Part shown: positions 1-12,926 of the stretch, in pieces
Numbering within the stretch: the first letter of the stretch is position 1
Layout: each line of letters opens with the position of its first letter
Assembly (NCBI GenBank): GCA_951406725.2
Contig: OX597815.1
Location: 46,562,001 to 46,626,000 of the forward strand
Direction of reading: 5' to 3'
From: Octopus vulgaris
Lineage: Eukaryota
Length of the DNA stretch: 64,000 bases
Made by a program: the position numbers and the translations under genes
The notes under the pieces: generated by a model
What the model was told of the DNA's origin: nothing
What the model saw: only the letters and a program-made list of their open reading frames with translations
Databases searched by the model: none

Positions 1-370
1 AGAAGTAGTTGTCAGAGAATTGCTATGATTTCACCAGCCCTAATTTCTGGCCTGCTAATCCCGCCGACTGTAATCCCATGTGTGGGGCGTGGTCGAAAAA
101 GACACCAATCACTCTGTGTCCAACATAAATGCCGAACAGCTGGCCAAGATGAAGGAGGTCTTCGAAGATCTTCCCAGAGATACAGCGAGGAATGCATGCA
201 CCAGGTTCCGGAGCCGTCTTGAGGCCTGGTTACTTTCAATAAACTGATATCTCCTTGTTATATCCAATTGATATCTAAAAAAGAAATATCTTAATTACTT
301 TCATTTTTGGGTGGAATGTTGCGTTTTCTTTTCCTTTTATGCAAAGTGTCAAATTTAGCCCGAACACCCA
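1..370 (+). mobile_element. 3' end of decayed Tc1-like DNA transposon
   Basis: The C-terminal region (..gaatgcatgcaccaggttccggagccgtcttgaggc..) resembles the Tc1 remnant at 45600-45850. It is truncated by the window edge. Confidence 0.45.
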
Positions 371-2151
371 TTATAATATCAGCATATTGCCTTTCGAAAT
401 AACAATATCGCTCAAACATTGTGACTACAATTGCCAGATTAAGGGGAATGACTCATTAATACACCGTGGTAAGACTAACAACGACTAGTACAGCAAGAAC
501 AATTATCAATAGTTCAGCGAAATAATGGATTATAAGATAAATAAGATCAAACAATGTATAACCGCATTACGTGTTGTTAGGATTAATCAGTGGTGCATAT
601 GTTCTATATATATATGTGTGTGTGTGTGAGAGGAATAAGAGAGAGAGAGGGAGAGAGACAGTGAGAGGGGAGGGAGGGAGACGAAGAAAAGTGGTGAAAA
701 GTAGAGAAAGAGAATGGAAAATACAGAGGAGTGAGAGCATTAAATATAAATAGGTTTGAAAACGCTTAGCTTGACGAAATGCTGTTTATGTCAGTCAAGG
801 TCATATCATATAGGCATATATCAAACGAAGTTACGACTGTGTGTGTGTATACATACATATACATACATATATATATATGCAATCATAAACACACACATAC
901 ACACACACTCACACACTCACACCCGAGTAAGCACATAAATGTGCTTTCACAAGGTGTGAAAAAAATAGTACTCGAATACCGGAGGTAGAGTAGTATGCTT
1001 TATTATTAAAACTGCAAAAACATCACAAAAATATCACAAAAAAACTGCTACTCAGAGTTTCATACATTATCACATATGTTATTGAATTATAGAGCAAGTG
1101 GTTGAATAATCCGCAGACTGTTATACACTTAAGTAGAATCAAAATGGCGAAGCTGACCTTTTGGATCACAGGGTCACTCTTATCCGACTGGCTCCTACAG
1201 TTTCCGGTCACTCAGTTTTACTCATAAGTCCTGCGTGTACTTGAATCTACAATAAAAGAAACTTGCACATGGTGGTTCTTCGAACTATTTATACGTGTTG
1301 TTAAGCCCTGTTGAAACATATATGAACAGAGTTAGGAGCAAATATTTTCAATCTTGAGCATCCATATTTTGCATATCAGTCGCTATATTCTCTAATGTTG
1401 TCTTCTTTTGCAATTTCTATGGTAAACGTTGGCTGTTATTTCTCACGGTCCAACTGAATACTTAGAGGAGTATTTCTTAAATTTTTGTCGCATGACACAT
1501 TTCGATTTTCTCCCACAAGACATGTGCTCCACTATGAACAGGCAACGTTACTATATAGCATATAAGGCGGTGAGCTGGCAGCGTCGTGAGCACGCCGGAC
1601 GAAATGCTTTGCGGTATTTCGTCCGGCGTACATCCATATATATATATATATACACATTATATATATGTATATATATATATACACACACACAAGCTGGTTA
1701 CTTCAGATTGGAGCGTAGCAAGTGAACATATACACTCTCTCTGTTACACACACGCGTTCGCGCGCCCACGTATGTGTGAAAGAGAGCCGTGTGTAGGCTA
1801 AAAATTGTTTATTAGTGACAGAGGCAGTAGTAACACCGAAAAGTAATATTTATCCCCACTTAAACATGGATGTTCTGTTAGAACAAACTATACTGTATTA
1901 CATAACACGAGAGAAACTCTCATATTGGCTTTTGATGCAAAATGCACTCCTGTTTATATCGTCAGCGGAGAGATAAATCCCCGCCACTTCCAGCGCCGAA
2001 ACCACAAGGTCACGTAATTTCGACCTTTCTTGCACTTGTCTCTAATGGGCACTCGATCGCTAGAGATAGCAGCTATTCATTTCCCCGCCAGCGATATATG
2101 TTTTTATATGTATGTCTTCGTATACAGAGGTAAAAATGTTCGTATATATAA

Positions 2152-2375
2152 TACGAAGGGGTGTTGAAAAGTTCCTGGTTTTAAGGGTTTCGCGAAAAGC
2201 TTAGTTGAAGGCCCAACCTTCCCAGTTCTATTACAGGGCTTAGAAAAAAATGAAGGACCGCTGCAATAAGCGAGTGAATCTGAGAAGGGAATCTGTTGAA
2301 TAAAATAATAATTAACTGAGCCTCCTATATTTTCTTTTACTCAAAGACAGGAACTTTTCAATATCTTCTCGTGTA
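2152..2375. mobile_element. mariner-like MITE / deletion derivative
   Basis: Imperfect TIRs cgaaggggtgttgaaaagttcctg ... caggaacttttcaatatcttctcg, flanked by TA. Confidence 0.6.
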
Positions 2376-2986
2376 TACATTTACTGCTTGTCGTTTAGGA
2401 TATTTGACACGTGATCATAAGATCGTGGATTCGAACACTAGATCGAGTGATGTGTTGTGTTCTAGAACAAGGCACTTTCTTTCATGTAGCCCCGGTCTAT
2501 TCGTCTTCAGGTGATACCAGCCAAGTGTTGGGACAAGTCGCTCTCTTTCGGGTGACTACAAACTCAAAGCAATTCATTGTCGTATTGTGAAATATGTGGT
2601 GTTGGTAATATTTACATTATAGGGCCTCTTCTGTAGCATAATTTGAATTTATTCTACTTACGCAACGTCTTTGCGTAAGAATAGGTACTAGGCCGACAGA
2701 ATGAGTACAAGGCTTACAAAGAATAAGTCCTGGAGTCGATTTGTTCGACTAAAGGCGGTGGTCCAGCATGGCCGCAGTCAAATGACTGAAACAAGTAAGA
2801 GAATAAAAGAAAATATATATACACACACATACATATGCACATTTTGATACACACCACACACACACACACACACACAAACACACACATATATATATATATA
2901 TATACATGTATACATATATGTGTACGTTTGTATGTATGTATGTATGTATGTATGTATGTATGTATGTATGTATGTATGTATGTATG

Positions 2987-3046
<60 letters not shown>

Positions 3047-3049
<3 letters not shown>

Positions 3050-3188
3050 TAAGCAATTAAGGGTTTAGCAACGAATTGCCTCACCACACACCGAATTTAG
3101 AAATAGCAGTCAAAGAGTTATAACTATTCCTTTCTACTAAAAGGGAGGTGGTGAGGCAATTCGTTGCTAAACCCTTAATTGCTTAGTA
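3047..3188. repeat. perfect 41-bp inverted repeat with 60-bp spacer
   Basis: tactaagcaattaagggtttagcaacgaattgcctcaccac (3047-3087) is the exact reverse complement of 3148-3188. Confidence 0.9.
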
Positions 3189-3286
3189 TTACTTAAATTT
3201 TCCTCGAATGAGGCTTTTACATGCCGAAATCTACTTGGTGTAATTAATAATTATTCCAAATTAATTAATTTCACCCTATATTGTTA

Positions 3287-3362
<76 letters not shown>

Positions 3363-4049
3363 AGGAGAGAATGAAGAATTTGAACATTCAAACTTTATGT
3401 TTATTTCCAGTTAGAATAAAATTCGAATTACTCAGAGAAATTTGATATCTCCCTAGATATCATATTCCTCATCATATCTCTTATTCATATATATATATAT
3501 ATATATACAGATAATGGGTGAACCCTTTATCTGTATTGAATACTTTTACTCCCCTACAATAAAACTACGAAACTTCTTTTCGGCAGTACTGTTTTGTGAC
3601 TCACGTGGTGAGATTTTGGAGGGAGATACGAATTCGCTTGTCTATATAAATGTGGATATGCTAGTGGACTTTTATATCTTTCGATGTCGCTTGGTCGAAT
3701 ATATAAAAAGTAAGTTTTTCCTAGCATTTCTAGATTTATGGGAAATATTATGTTGATAAGGAAATGAACTTTACGATTCTAATCCAGAAACGTACGTCCA
3801 TAATTAATCCGTAGACTGTGTGGTTTCGTTGTTTTCCTTCTTCTTTTACCATATATGAGTTACAAATACTGTTGTTTGTGGAGACTTATTTTTGTAGTAA
3901 TGGAAATAGTAGCCCTTTGACTGCTATTTCTAATATTTTCGGTATGTGGTTTAAGCAACTTGTTGCAAAAAACCCTTATTATAATTATCTATATATATTT
4001 ATATTTGTGTAGTTTCAGCTCAGAGCTGCGACCATGCTGATGCACCGCC

Positions 4050-4100
<51 letters not shown>

Positions 4101-4102
<2 letters not shown>

Positions 4103-4337
4103 GTAACCCCTCGACATATCGCTGTTCACTATCGTGGCATACCTATCGTGGTTTATTATTTAAGCTTATGCTGATTCCTCTGTGGTGTTGTTTTGCATTT
4201 ATAATAAAATAAATATATACAAATTATAAAAATAATAAAAAAAAAATATACAGTACAGTACTGTTTCTACTTGGCGGATTTTCACCTATCATGTGGGTTT
4301 TTGGAACGTAACACCCGCGATAGTCGAGGGATTACTA
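4101..4337. mobile_element. pogo/Tigger-like MITE
   Basis: Termini cagtaacccctcgac.. and ..gtcgagggattacta are inverted, and the element is inserted at the end of a (TA)n tract. Confidence 0.65.
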
Positions 4338-4440
4338 TCTCTCTCTCTCCCTCTCTCACTATATATATGCATGCATACATGCAAGCATGAATGCACACAC
4401 ACACACACACACACACACAGGTTTATATATACACACACAC

Positions 4441-4483
<43 letters not shown>

Positions 4484-4490
4484 CATATAA

Positions 4491-4527
<37 letters not shown>

Positions 4528-4578
4528 CATATACACATATACATACACACGCATACACACACATATATACATGTATGC

Positions 4579-4621
<43 letters not shown>

Positions 4622-4683
4622 CTTATATACTTATTTATAAACGCATGCTTGAATAGGTAAAGCAAATCCCATGATGACATACG

Positions 4684-5286
4684 CTAGTTTATCAAGTTCT
4701 GGAAAACGCTAGGTAAACCCATGAAGACATGTCCCCAGATACTCATTTCAGGTATCGTCACATAGTGAACCACGGCAACAAACATGGAAAACCAACAAAA
4801 CCTAATGAGCAACATGTAAATGGCAACCACATAATGGGCCACAACAGAAAGAGTGCACCCTAAAACTGTTAGGGCTACCAGAGAGATACCCAGTAGCACT
4901 TTGAAACTCGTCAGAAGAAATGTAACGGACGTGATGACAGTTCGTTTTCCCACACGGATCATTTCTACAAGAAATCCGACGGTAATTACAAACCCCATTA
5001 CAATAAGCTTGAGTAGCACCGTTGTTGACTGGACTGGTGAAGTTATGGCTTTTAATACAGTTCTGGAGGTTTGTAGAGCAAATTCGATTGGCTTTTGTAT
5101 TCCTTTTACGACGCTTGCAAACAAACGGACTAAGATTAGAAAAAGAGTTGATAAAATGCGGACAGATATTAATAGTAGTCCAACTATTATAAGTAAAAGT
5201 AGTAAGAATGTCTGTAAAATTATGGTGGCTGTTGTTTTCAGTCGACTGAAAGCCGTTCCAGGTGATTTACTGTTTTCAACATCCAT
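4684..5286 (-). CDS. putative intronless orphan multi-pass membrane/hydrophobic protein (~200 aa from ATG 5286; frame open to 5355)
   Basis: Non-repetitive open frame of 223 codons in AT-rich DNA (MDVENSKSP...FQNLIN*) with several long hydrophobic segments. No family recognised. Confidence 0.45.
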   Translation of the reverse strand: MDVENSKSPGTAFSRLKTTATIILQTFLLLLLIIVGLLLISVRILSTLFLILVRLFASVVKGIQKPIEFALQTSRTVLKAITSPVQSTTVLLKLIVMGFVITVGFLVEMIRVGKRTVITSVTFLLTSFKVLLGISLVALTVLGCTLSVVAHYVVAIYMLLIRFCWFSMFVAVVHYVTIPEMSIWGHVFMGLPSVFQNLIN

Positions 5287-6278
5287 TATTACTTTTCTGC
5301 TTTTGCAAGCGATATAAATAGAAACTGTGATAGGTATAAGTCTTGCATTTATCACGTTTGTGATTATATGGTTATGTGTTTACGTCTGTTTACATGATTC
5401 AATACATATCTAAATCTGTATTGAGTTGAATTCTTGTAAATATACATGTATGTGCGCGAATGTATATGTGTATGTATGTGTGTCTGCGAGTGTATTTGTG
5501 TGCATATTTAACATGTGAGTGTGTTTACCTGTGTAGTTTTCTCGCATGTGTGTTTGCCGTGTGTTTTTCTTGTGAGTGTGTGTGCGTATTTATGAGTAAG
5601 TGTATGAATTCATGCGTGTGTTGATTCGTATAATTTCGTTTATAAATTGTATAATGCCCACACGTGTTTACTTATACGAATCTTTGTATATGTACGCAAG
5701 CGTGGATTTGTTTATGAGCATCTACAAACTGGGTCGTGTTTATATATTCAGCCATCATAGCTATATGCTTGCACTGTAAACATAACCACTCAACAAAATG
5801 GCCGCTTAGATAATATACTTTTACTTTATTTAAACTCCATATGTCTCGTATCCGTAGACAGATAGTTTCACAGCAGTTTATACATATATAACTTTTTTTT
5901 ATTTCTTTTCTGCCTTCAAGTTAGATGATACTGAAAGACGCACGAAATATTCCGTCTGAAAAAGAAATTAAGAATGAAATTTAATTTATAATGTAATCTA
6001 ATCCAAAGTTTCAATCTCATAAATATTTATCGTAACTACAAAACGGTAGGGGGCAGATGACAAAAGAGAATACATTGCTTCAACTTCAAATCCCGCCAGA
6101 ATCAACTTTACATTTTATCTCGTCGGAGACAATAAAATAACCATCAGCTCGTTATAGGGCTCTATGAAATCGATCGTGATCTCCAGAATATGAGGCCATG
6201 ACTTAATGTCAGAAATCAATATCATCATATTACAAAACGTTAACGAATGCGGAAACGCTTTTATAAGTACTGAACAAA

Positions 6279-6388
<110 letters not shown>

Positions 6389-7038
6389 TGTGTAAAATAA
6401 AATAGAAGAACGCAAAAACATTTGGACAACTAGGTGATACAAAAGGGGACAACAAAACACCCAGATAGACGGTGCAAAAAAAAAAACACGGACGGGTCAT
6501 TCGAAGCCTTTTATCTTCAGTCAAGAACCGGATCATCCTCGCAACATATATATATCTTTGCATTTTTGGTTAAATTCTTCCAGAGTTGGTGTTGTTCTTC
6601 TCTCTTTCCGGGGTTGTGAGCTTATTGTTACTTACTTGTTGTTGCTTGGTGCTAAGTCAGCTCTGATCCAGCAGAGCATTCCAATTGTGATCATCTCAGC
6701 AGTTTCCCTTTGTGCAGGGAACTCATGGCCATATTATCCTATGTGTACAGACAGCGTGATATCATTTAAAGAAGACTTAGCTGGTTTTGCTATAGCAAGG
6801 TGAACAACCCTATAGCTCGAATCTTTCTTTGATTAAATCGACTGCAGCTCTACACCAAATTTAATTCTCCTGATGTAGGTTTATAAATCATTAATTACAT
6901 AAACATCTGTGACATTGTGGTAGAACAAGATTTAAATCATCAAATAACCCAATACGGCTCACCCTAGTTTCAATCCATAGTTGACAGAGACTGCAAATAA
7001 AGGCGGATAGAACAGACTCAATGCTTAGGATCTCAAAG

Positions 7039-7216
7039 CAGTGCTCCACAACCGGTGTACCGCAGCACACTAGTGTGCCGCGAGACGACGTTAGGTGTGC
7101 CTAACCTGAATATAATTTTTTCGCTATACTTTTAGTTATATTTTTAGTTCAGGTGTGCGGCCGAATTTTGAAAAGAATATCTGTACCGCAAGTACAAAAA
7201 AGGTTGCGGAGCACTA
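7039..7216. mobile_element. hAT (Charlie-like) MITE
   Basis: TIRs cagtgctccacaacc / ggttgcggagcacta. A related half copy lies inverted at ~54235-54300. Confidence 0.65.
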
Positions 7217-7379
7217 TTCTAAAGATATCAGTAACTTTTGTTGTCGCTATTTTTTTTTTAGTTGCTCGGATTAGAGAAAGGGGTAGTGCTTATGGCTTTC
7301 GTAGATCCTCCGAGACTAGCGAAACTGGTGCTGCTAATGTACTGCTAAAACTGGTGCAAATTGACACTTACAAGAAAGA

Positions 7380-7680
7380 CTTGAGTTAGGAAAAATTCCA
7401 AAGGTATTGGGGAGAAAAACAAACTGGACATAATGGTTAGTGCAGGATCAGAAGGTAAGACTGATATAGATAATGATAGGAGTTAGGAAAAGAAACAGCT
7501 AAGTCGGGATTAATTGTGTGGATGTATTATGAGATGATACAGATTCAACGAGTAAGGTCTTTACAGAAGTGGTAGAAAGGGTAGTGAGATGAGATACAAC
7601 AAATCTGTGGGCAAGAGGTCTGTGAGTGATTTTATGTCAATAAATTAAATGATTTTTCACATGGTGCGACCTAGAATGAT
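7380..7680 (-). mobile_element. decayed L2/CR1-type LINE 3' end
   Basis: The reverse strand loosely resembles the ..HY.Q.FFP.T..WN.. C-terminal motif, with many frameshifts. Confidence 0.3.
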
Positions 7681-7710
7681 TGTATGTGTGACAGCAACAA
7701 CGTTTCAGTT

Positions 7711-8038
7711 AAAGAACCCCTTCGGTCATGAATGAACATGGGATTGCACCTAGAAAATTACCCTCCGAGACAAAAGTCCCGAAAAGGTTGTTTACAAAAG
7801 ACCAGCAGTGGCTCATGCATACCAGCCTCTCCTCTCCACGCCACCGATGTCCTCCAAAGGAAAGGCAAAGGCCGATACAGCTTGGCAGCAGTACTGTCGC
7901 AACTAATTTCTATAGCTGAGTGAACTGAAGCAACTTGAAATAAAGTGTCTTTCTCAAGGACACAACACACAACCCGGTCTGGGAATCAAACTCACTACCT
8001 CATGATTGTGAGGCCGATGTTCTAACCATTGAGCCATG
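7711..8038 (-). mobile_element. tRNA-derived SINE (family with head tggctcagtggttag)
   Basis: Pol III A/B-box-like head on the minus strand. Body shared with 26955-27297 and 42095-42412. Confidence 0.8.
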
Positions 8039-9083
8039 ACAGCATATTTGAGACGATGCTGTTGTTACACTCCATTGTGGGTTTCACCTTGGCTTCGTAT
8101 TGTATTATTTATTATTGATTTGCTCAGAAGTGAATCATTTGTTTTAGGGTGTGGTCCTAGCTACGCTAAGGATGTACGTTCGCTATGTGAACTCCTCGGG
8201 GATTGAGGTGACTAACCAATATAACGGAAATGAAATTGCTACAATTTTATTTGAGAAAAGCTTGTTTAAATAATTGCAAATATTCACTAGTCCCGAAATG
8301 CTAGTGAGGATCATAACAATGTATACATTTAATCAATCATTAACAATGGACATAGTTGTGTCTGTGAGTTTGTGTGTGTATGTGCAGTTTTGCTCCAGAC
8401 TGAATCTACCGAATAAACCAATGTGGACATGTACAAACTGAATTGGGTTTTTCGGATCGTATCTAGATAGAGGCCATAGATAAAAATAGCATAGGTTGCC
8501 CATAATTAAAAATCCTTGGCTACACAGACCACAAATTTGAGATCTGTACGGTCGACATCGACTTCATAGGCAGAAACTCGGTTACTGGAAGCTAAAGGCG
8601 TCGCTTCCAGTGCGACGAGTTTGCAGAGATTAGGTTAGCGAATTATTTAAGCGGACGTTTTCCTATTGGGGAATTTTGTCATAATAATTTTGATACTATT
8701 TTACTTCAGGCCTTTTGCCTAAAGACGAAAAAAACATCATCAATCTCATCATTATCATCACCACCACCATCACCATTATCATTATTATTATTATTATTAT
8801 TATTATTGTTGTTGTTGTTGTTGTTGTTGTTGTTATTGTTATCATTATTATTATTGTTGTTATTGTTATTATTATTATTATTTAAATATTCAAATATTCT
8901 AAATATACATTAAAATTTCATTTGCAGCCATAGTGAAGGATCCTCTAGATGCGTAAATCTTGTAAATGACAGATTGGTAACATCTTTAGATTGTCGCAAA
9001 AAAAATTGTCTGGCTCTTTATGTTCCAATTCTGCTTTACCTTTCGTTCTTTCGGTATCGATTTTTAAATAATGCCAATCAATT

Positions 9084-9385
9084 ACTTGGGTATGTGCTGT
9101 GGTTCGTTGTGATGCTCTTACGGTTACTGTATTGAAAGCGTTTTGTGTAGGATGTGTGCAGTGCCCAGTAGTGCGATTTTCTGTATGTTGTATATATTTG
9201 CAAGTCTTGGTGTTTTTTGTTATGTATTTGTCTGAATATTTTTTTATCATACCTAATGCGCCTACTATGATAGGAATTGTTTCTGTTTTAGATTCCACAT
9301 TCGAGTAACCTCTATTTCTAGGTTTTGCATTTTGAAAGTTTCTCCATTTCTTTTAGAGAAACGTTGTCATCTGCTATTAATTGGT
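9084..9385 (-). mobile_element. R4/Dong-clade (RLE) non-LTR retrotransposon 3' fragment
   Basis: Encodes KTETIPIIVGALGMIKKYSDKYITK, is near-identical to 37740-38127 and abuts (ATT)n. Confidence 0.75.
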
Positions 9386-9404
9386 ATTATTATTATCATT
9401 GTTA

Positions 9405-9460
<56 letters not shown>

Positions 9461-9655
9461 AGCATCAGCATCATCATCATCATCATTATTATTAATAGTA
9501 TATCTCGAGGCAAATGAAAGTATCGAATTTGAACTTGGAACCAATAAGGACGAAACAATTCCTGGAATGCAATAATTAGTTCAGAGCGATATTGACTTAG
9601 CAATCAGTGCCAAATTTATGCAATATATATATGTGTGTGTGTGTCTGTGCGCGCG

Positions 9656-9765
<110 letters not shown>

Positions 9766-10219
9766 TGATGACTGATATCTCTCCATCAAAGACTGGGCAT
9801 TCATTTATGTCCTATCTTTTGTTGCTGAGAACTGATACAAAATTAGCTTCGTTTGGAATCATACGTCGGCAGGATTATACAAATAACCTTGTAGAAGCAA
9901 GATTCCTTAGAAATGCTCTGAACGAATTAATCGAAAGTCGCTATTTTGAGTGTCAGACTAACGAGGAAATGATTTCCTGGTCCAGTCTCAAATTCGGTCG
10001 CAATCACATCAAAAGGCTAAATCTAAACAAAAGAAAGAAAAACTGTTCGCATATATATACGAATGAATGAATGCTTTTTTTACTCTGAATCTAAACGAGA
10101 AATATATATTGTCAGAGCGCTAATAGGGCACCTGATGATGAACGAAAGCTAAACCGCTCAAACCGTTACCTGTCGTTCAACGTTGCAGATGACATTAGCG
10201 ATGTTATGTAATAGTGTCA

Positions 10220-10800
10220 GTGAAGGTGCATGGCCTAGATGGTTAGGGAGTTGCACTCACGATCGCGAGATCGTATGTTCGATTCCCGGCCTAGGCAGTG
10301 ACCACGAAGTATGATTTACACTAAAGAAATATAATTGCGAATGAGATATAGTTTCGATCCTCGGAGTAGGCGGTGCGTTGTGTTCTTAAGCAAAGCACTT
10401 CAGCTCACGTTGCTCTGTGATCACTTCGGCATCTATCGTGTGATGCACTGTACACCTGTTCAGGCAACGACGATTTGATGGAGAGAGTGTGAACATTTGT
10501 TTATAGTGATCAAATGTTCGTGAATAAAATCAAATAAGCAACAGGATATCATGAAGTGATGCAGTACGACCGTTTCAAGTGACACAAGGGACAATGCAAT
10601 CATTACATCAATTTAAATGCAGGGCTATCTTCAGCTGCATAAATAAATAGAATTTTTAATCAGTTGGACGCATTAATATAATTTTACAGCACGAACATTT
10701 GATCACTATAAACAAATCATCTGTGCTGGTTGTTCAACAAGAAATAGCAGAACCGGCTTTCTCGGACTCGAGAGACCATCTGGACCGGGTGGTGCGTGAG
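10220..10800 (+). mobile_element. tRNA-derived SINE (composite) interrupted by hammerhead-bearing insert at 10495-10689
   Basis: Head gtgaaggtgcatggcctagatggttagg..gttcgattcc. The body resumes at 10690 and is colinear with the copy at 28035-28325. Confidence 0.65.
10559..10640 (-). ncRNA. type I hammerhead ribozyme motif (long stem II family)
   Basis: Minus strand reads ATGCAG-CTGAAGA-[stem II region]-GAAA-CG-GT-CG-TA-CTGCAT, with a 6-bp stem I and GUA cleavage triplet. Confidence 0.7.
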
Positions 10801-11117
10801 GACCTGCGCTCTCATGCAAAGTTTATATATAGCTTGAGTATCCTTCAGTTGCGCTGTAGACGAAATTCAAAATATGTTTAGAATAGTTCTTTCATGTGTT
10901 ACTTGTTTCAGTTATTGAACTGCGGCCATGCTGGAGGCACCGACTTGAAGTATTTACTCGAACAAACCAACCAGTACTTAATTTCTTTTTTACGTCTAGT
11001 CCTTATTCTATTGGTGTCTTTTACAGAACTGGTAAGTTACGCGGAACTTAAAAAACCCATCACTGTTTATTAGATGGTGGTGTGGGTAGGAGAGAAACAA
11101 AGGCACTAAGGCACACA

Positions 11118-11156
<39 letters not shown>

Positions 11157-11197
11157 GCATAAATACATATGTGTATATATATATGTGTGTGTGTGTG

Positions 11198-11328
<131 letters not shown>

Positions 11329-11928
11329 ATATATATATATATATATATATCAAAAGTATGCGTTATAATTTTATTCTACATATACAAAAACAGCCATACC
11401 AACAATCCAACTTACTTCCATTATCAGCTGGCCACGGTTATCATTATGGTATCGACACCTGGGCAGTACCATTTAATCCAGTGCTGTCAACACCACTAAA
11501 ATAAGTGTTGTCTGGGAACAAACATACCACAGAAACCACAACTTTCAAGCACATTTACCCTATACATACATGCTATATCGTTGGTGAACTTTTCAGAGAA
11601 CGCAGGCTAATTTCCCTCTTATATTAGCTAATTTCATATCGAGACCAAATCAATGAGGAAAAGACTCTACGTGGTAGGTCAACATGCTAGAAATAACAAC
11701 AAAGTATCTCTCAAATCACACCCTACATTCTCCAGAGGGTACATGTTGGATAATGTACGCTTGTATTTCCTACAGGAAAATGTTATGATGGTTACGGCTG
11801 AAAAGCCTTAGATGAGAAATTTGGAGCTGAGTTATGGGTGAAGGGCAACAGCTAAATGCGTATCAAACCAGCAAGAGAGCCTTATAGCAACATTTATATA
11901 TAAATACAAATACACACCAACTCACACA

Positions 11929-11968
<40 letters not shown>

Positions 11969-12097
11969 CTTTGTGCGTGTATATATGTAAATAAATATAT
12001 TCATATGTGTGTGTTCGCACGTACACAGACACATACATATATTCATATACATACATACATAAACATACATGCATACATATATACATACTTACATGTA

Positions 12098-12161
<64 letters not shown>

Positions 12162-12245
12162 TATTTCGATATAATTTGCAATGATTTACTCAAATTTATT
12201 GAAAAATTTAGTAAACATTTCCATCCAGATCTATTGCTGCATGTA

Positions 12246-12356
<111 letters not shown>

Positions 12357-12450
12357 ATCAAAATAAGCAACATGATAGGAAGAGGGGATGCTGTACGACC
12401 GTTTCAAGCGACTCCATTACATCAATTTAAAGGCAGGGCTATCCTTAGAT
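12357..12450 (-). repeat. decayed copy of the same hammerhead-bearing unit
   Basis: Aligns to 10525-10634 with an internal deletion. The core reads CTAAGGA (G5 lost). Confidence 0.65.
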
Positions 12451-12659
12451 TTGCTAGTTGATAAAAAGACTCGTAAATTAAAAATGAACCACAATCCCTT
12501 ACAAGCTATGACCCTAGCAAACTTCATGCATTTCTTAGAAGTGTAGTATATTCTTAGCTACATTAGTGACAACATCGACTCTTTCTCTCTTCTTGTTCTA
12601 TTAGAGAATGTGTGTAAAATTATATTAAAGTGTTCAACTGATTAAAAATTCTATTTATT

Positions 12660-12747
12660 ATGCAGCTGAGGACAGCGCTGCATTTAAATTGATGTAATGT
12701 TTGCATTATCCAATTAAATGGTGTCACTTGAAACGGTCGTACTGCAT
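12660..12747 (+). ncRNA. type I hammerhead ribozyme motif (long stem II family)
   Basis: ATGCAG-CTGAGGA-long hairpin (catttaaattg..taatg tttg catta..caattaaatg)-GAAA-CG-GT-CG-TA-CTGCAT, within a unit at 12613-12787. Confidence 0.72.
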
Positions 12748-12870
12748 CACCTCTTGATATCCTGTTGCTCATTTTGATTTTATTCACCTTAGTTTGAGTT
12801 GTACGGATAATACCACATTATCTTGATGCTTGAACTTAAGTACTTAATTCAACTGAATCTCAATTATATA

Positions 12871-12926
<56 letters not shown>

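Noticed and set aside
4853-5317. 154-aa plus-strand ORF
   Set aside because: It is the antisense shadow of the 4684-5355 ORF and has a non-ATG start.
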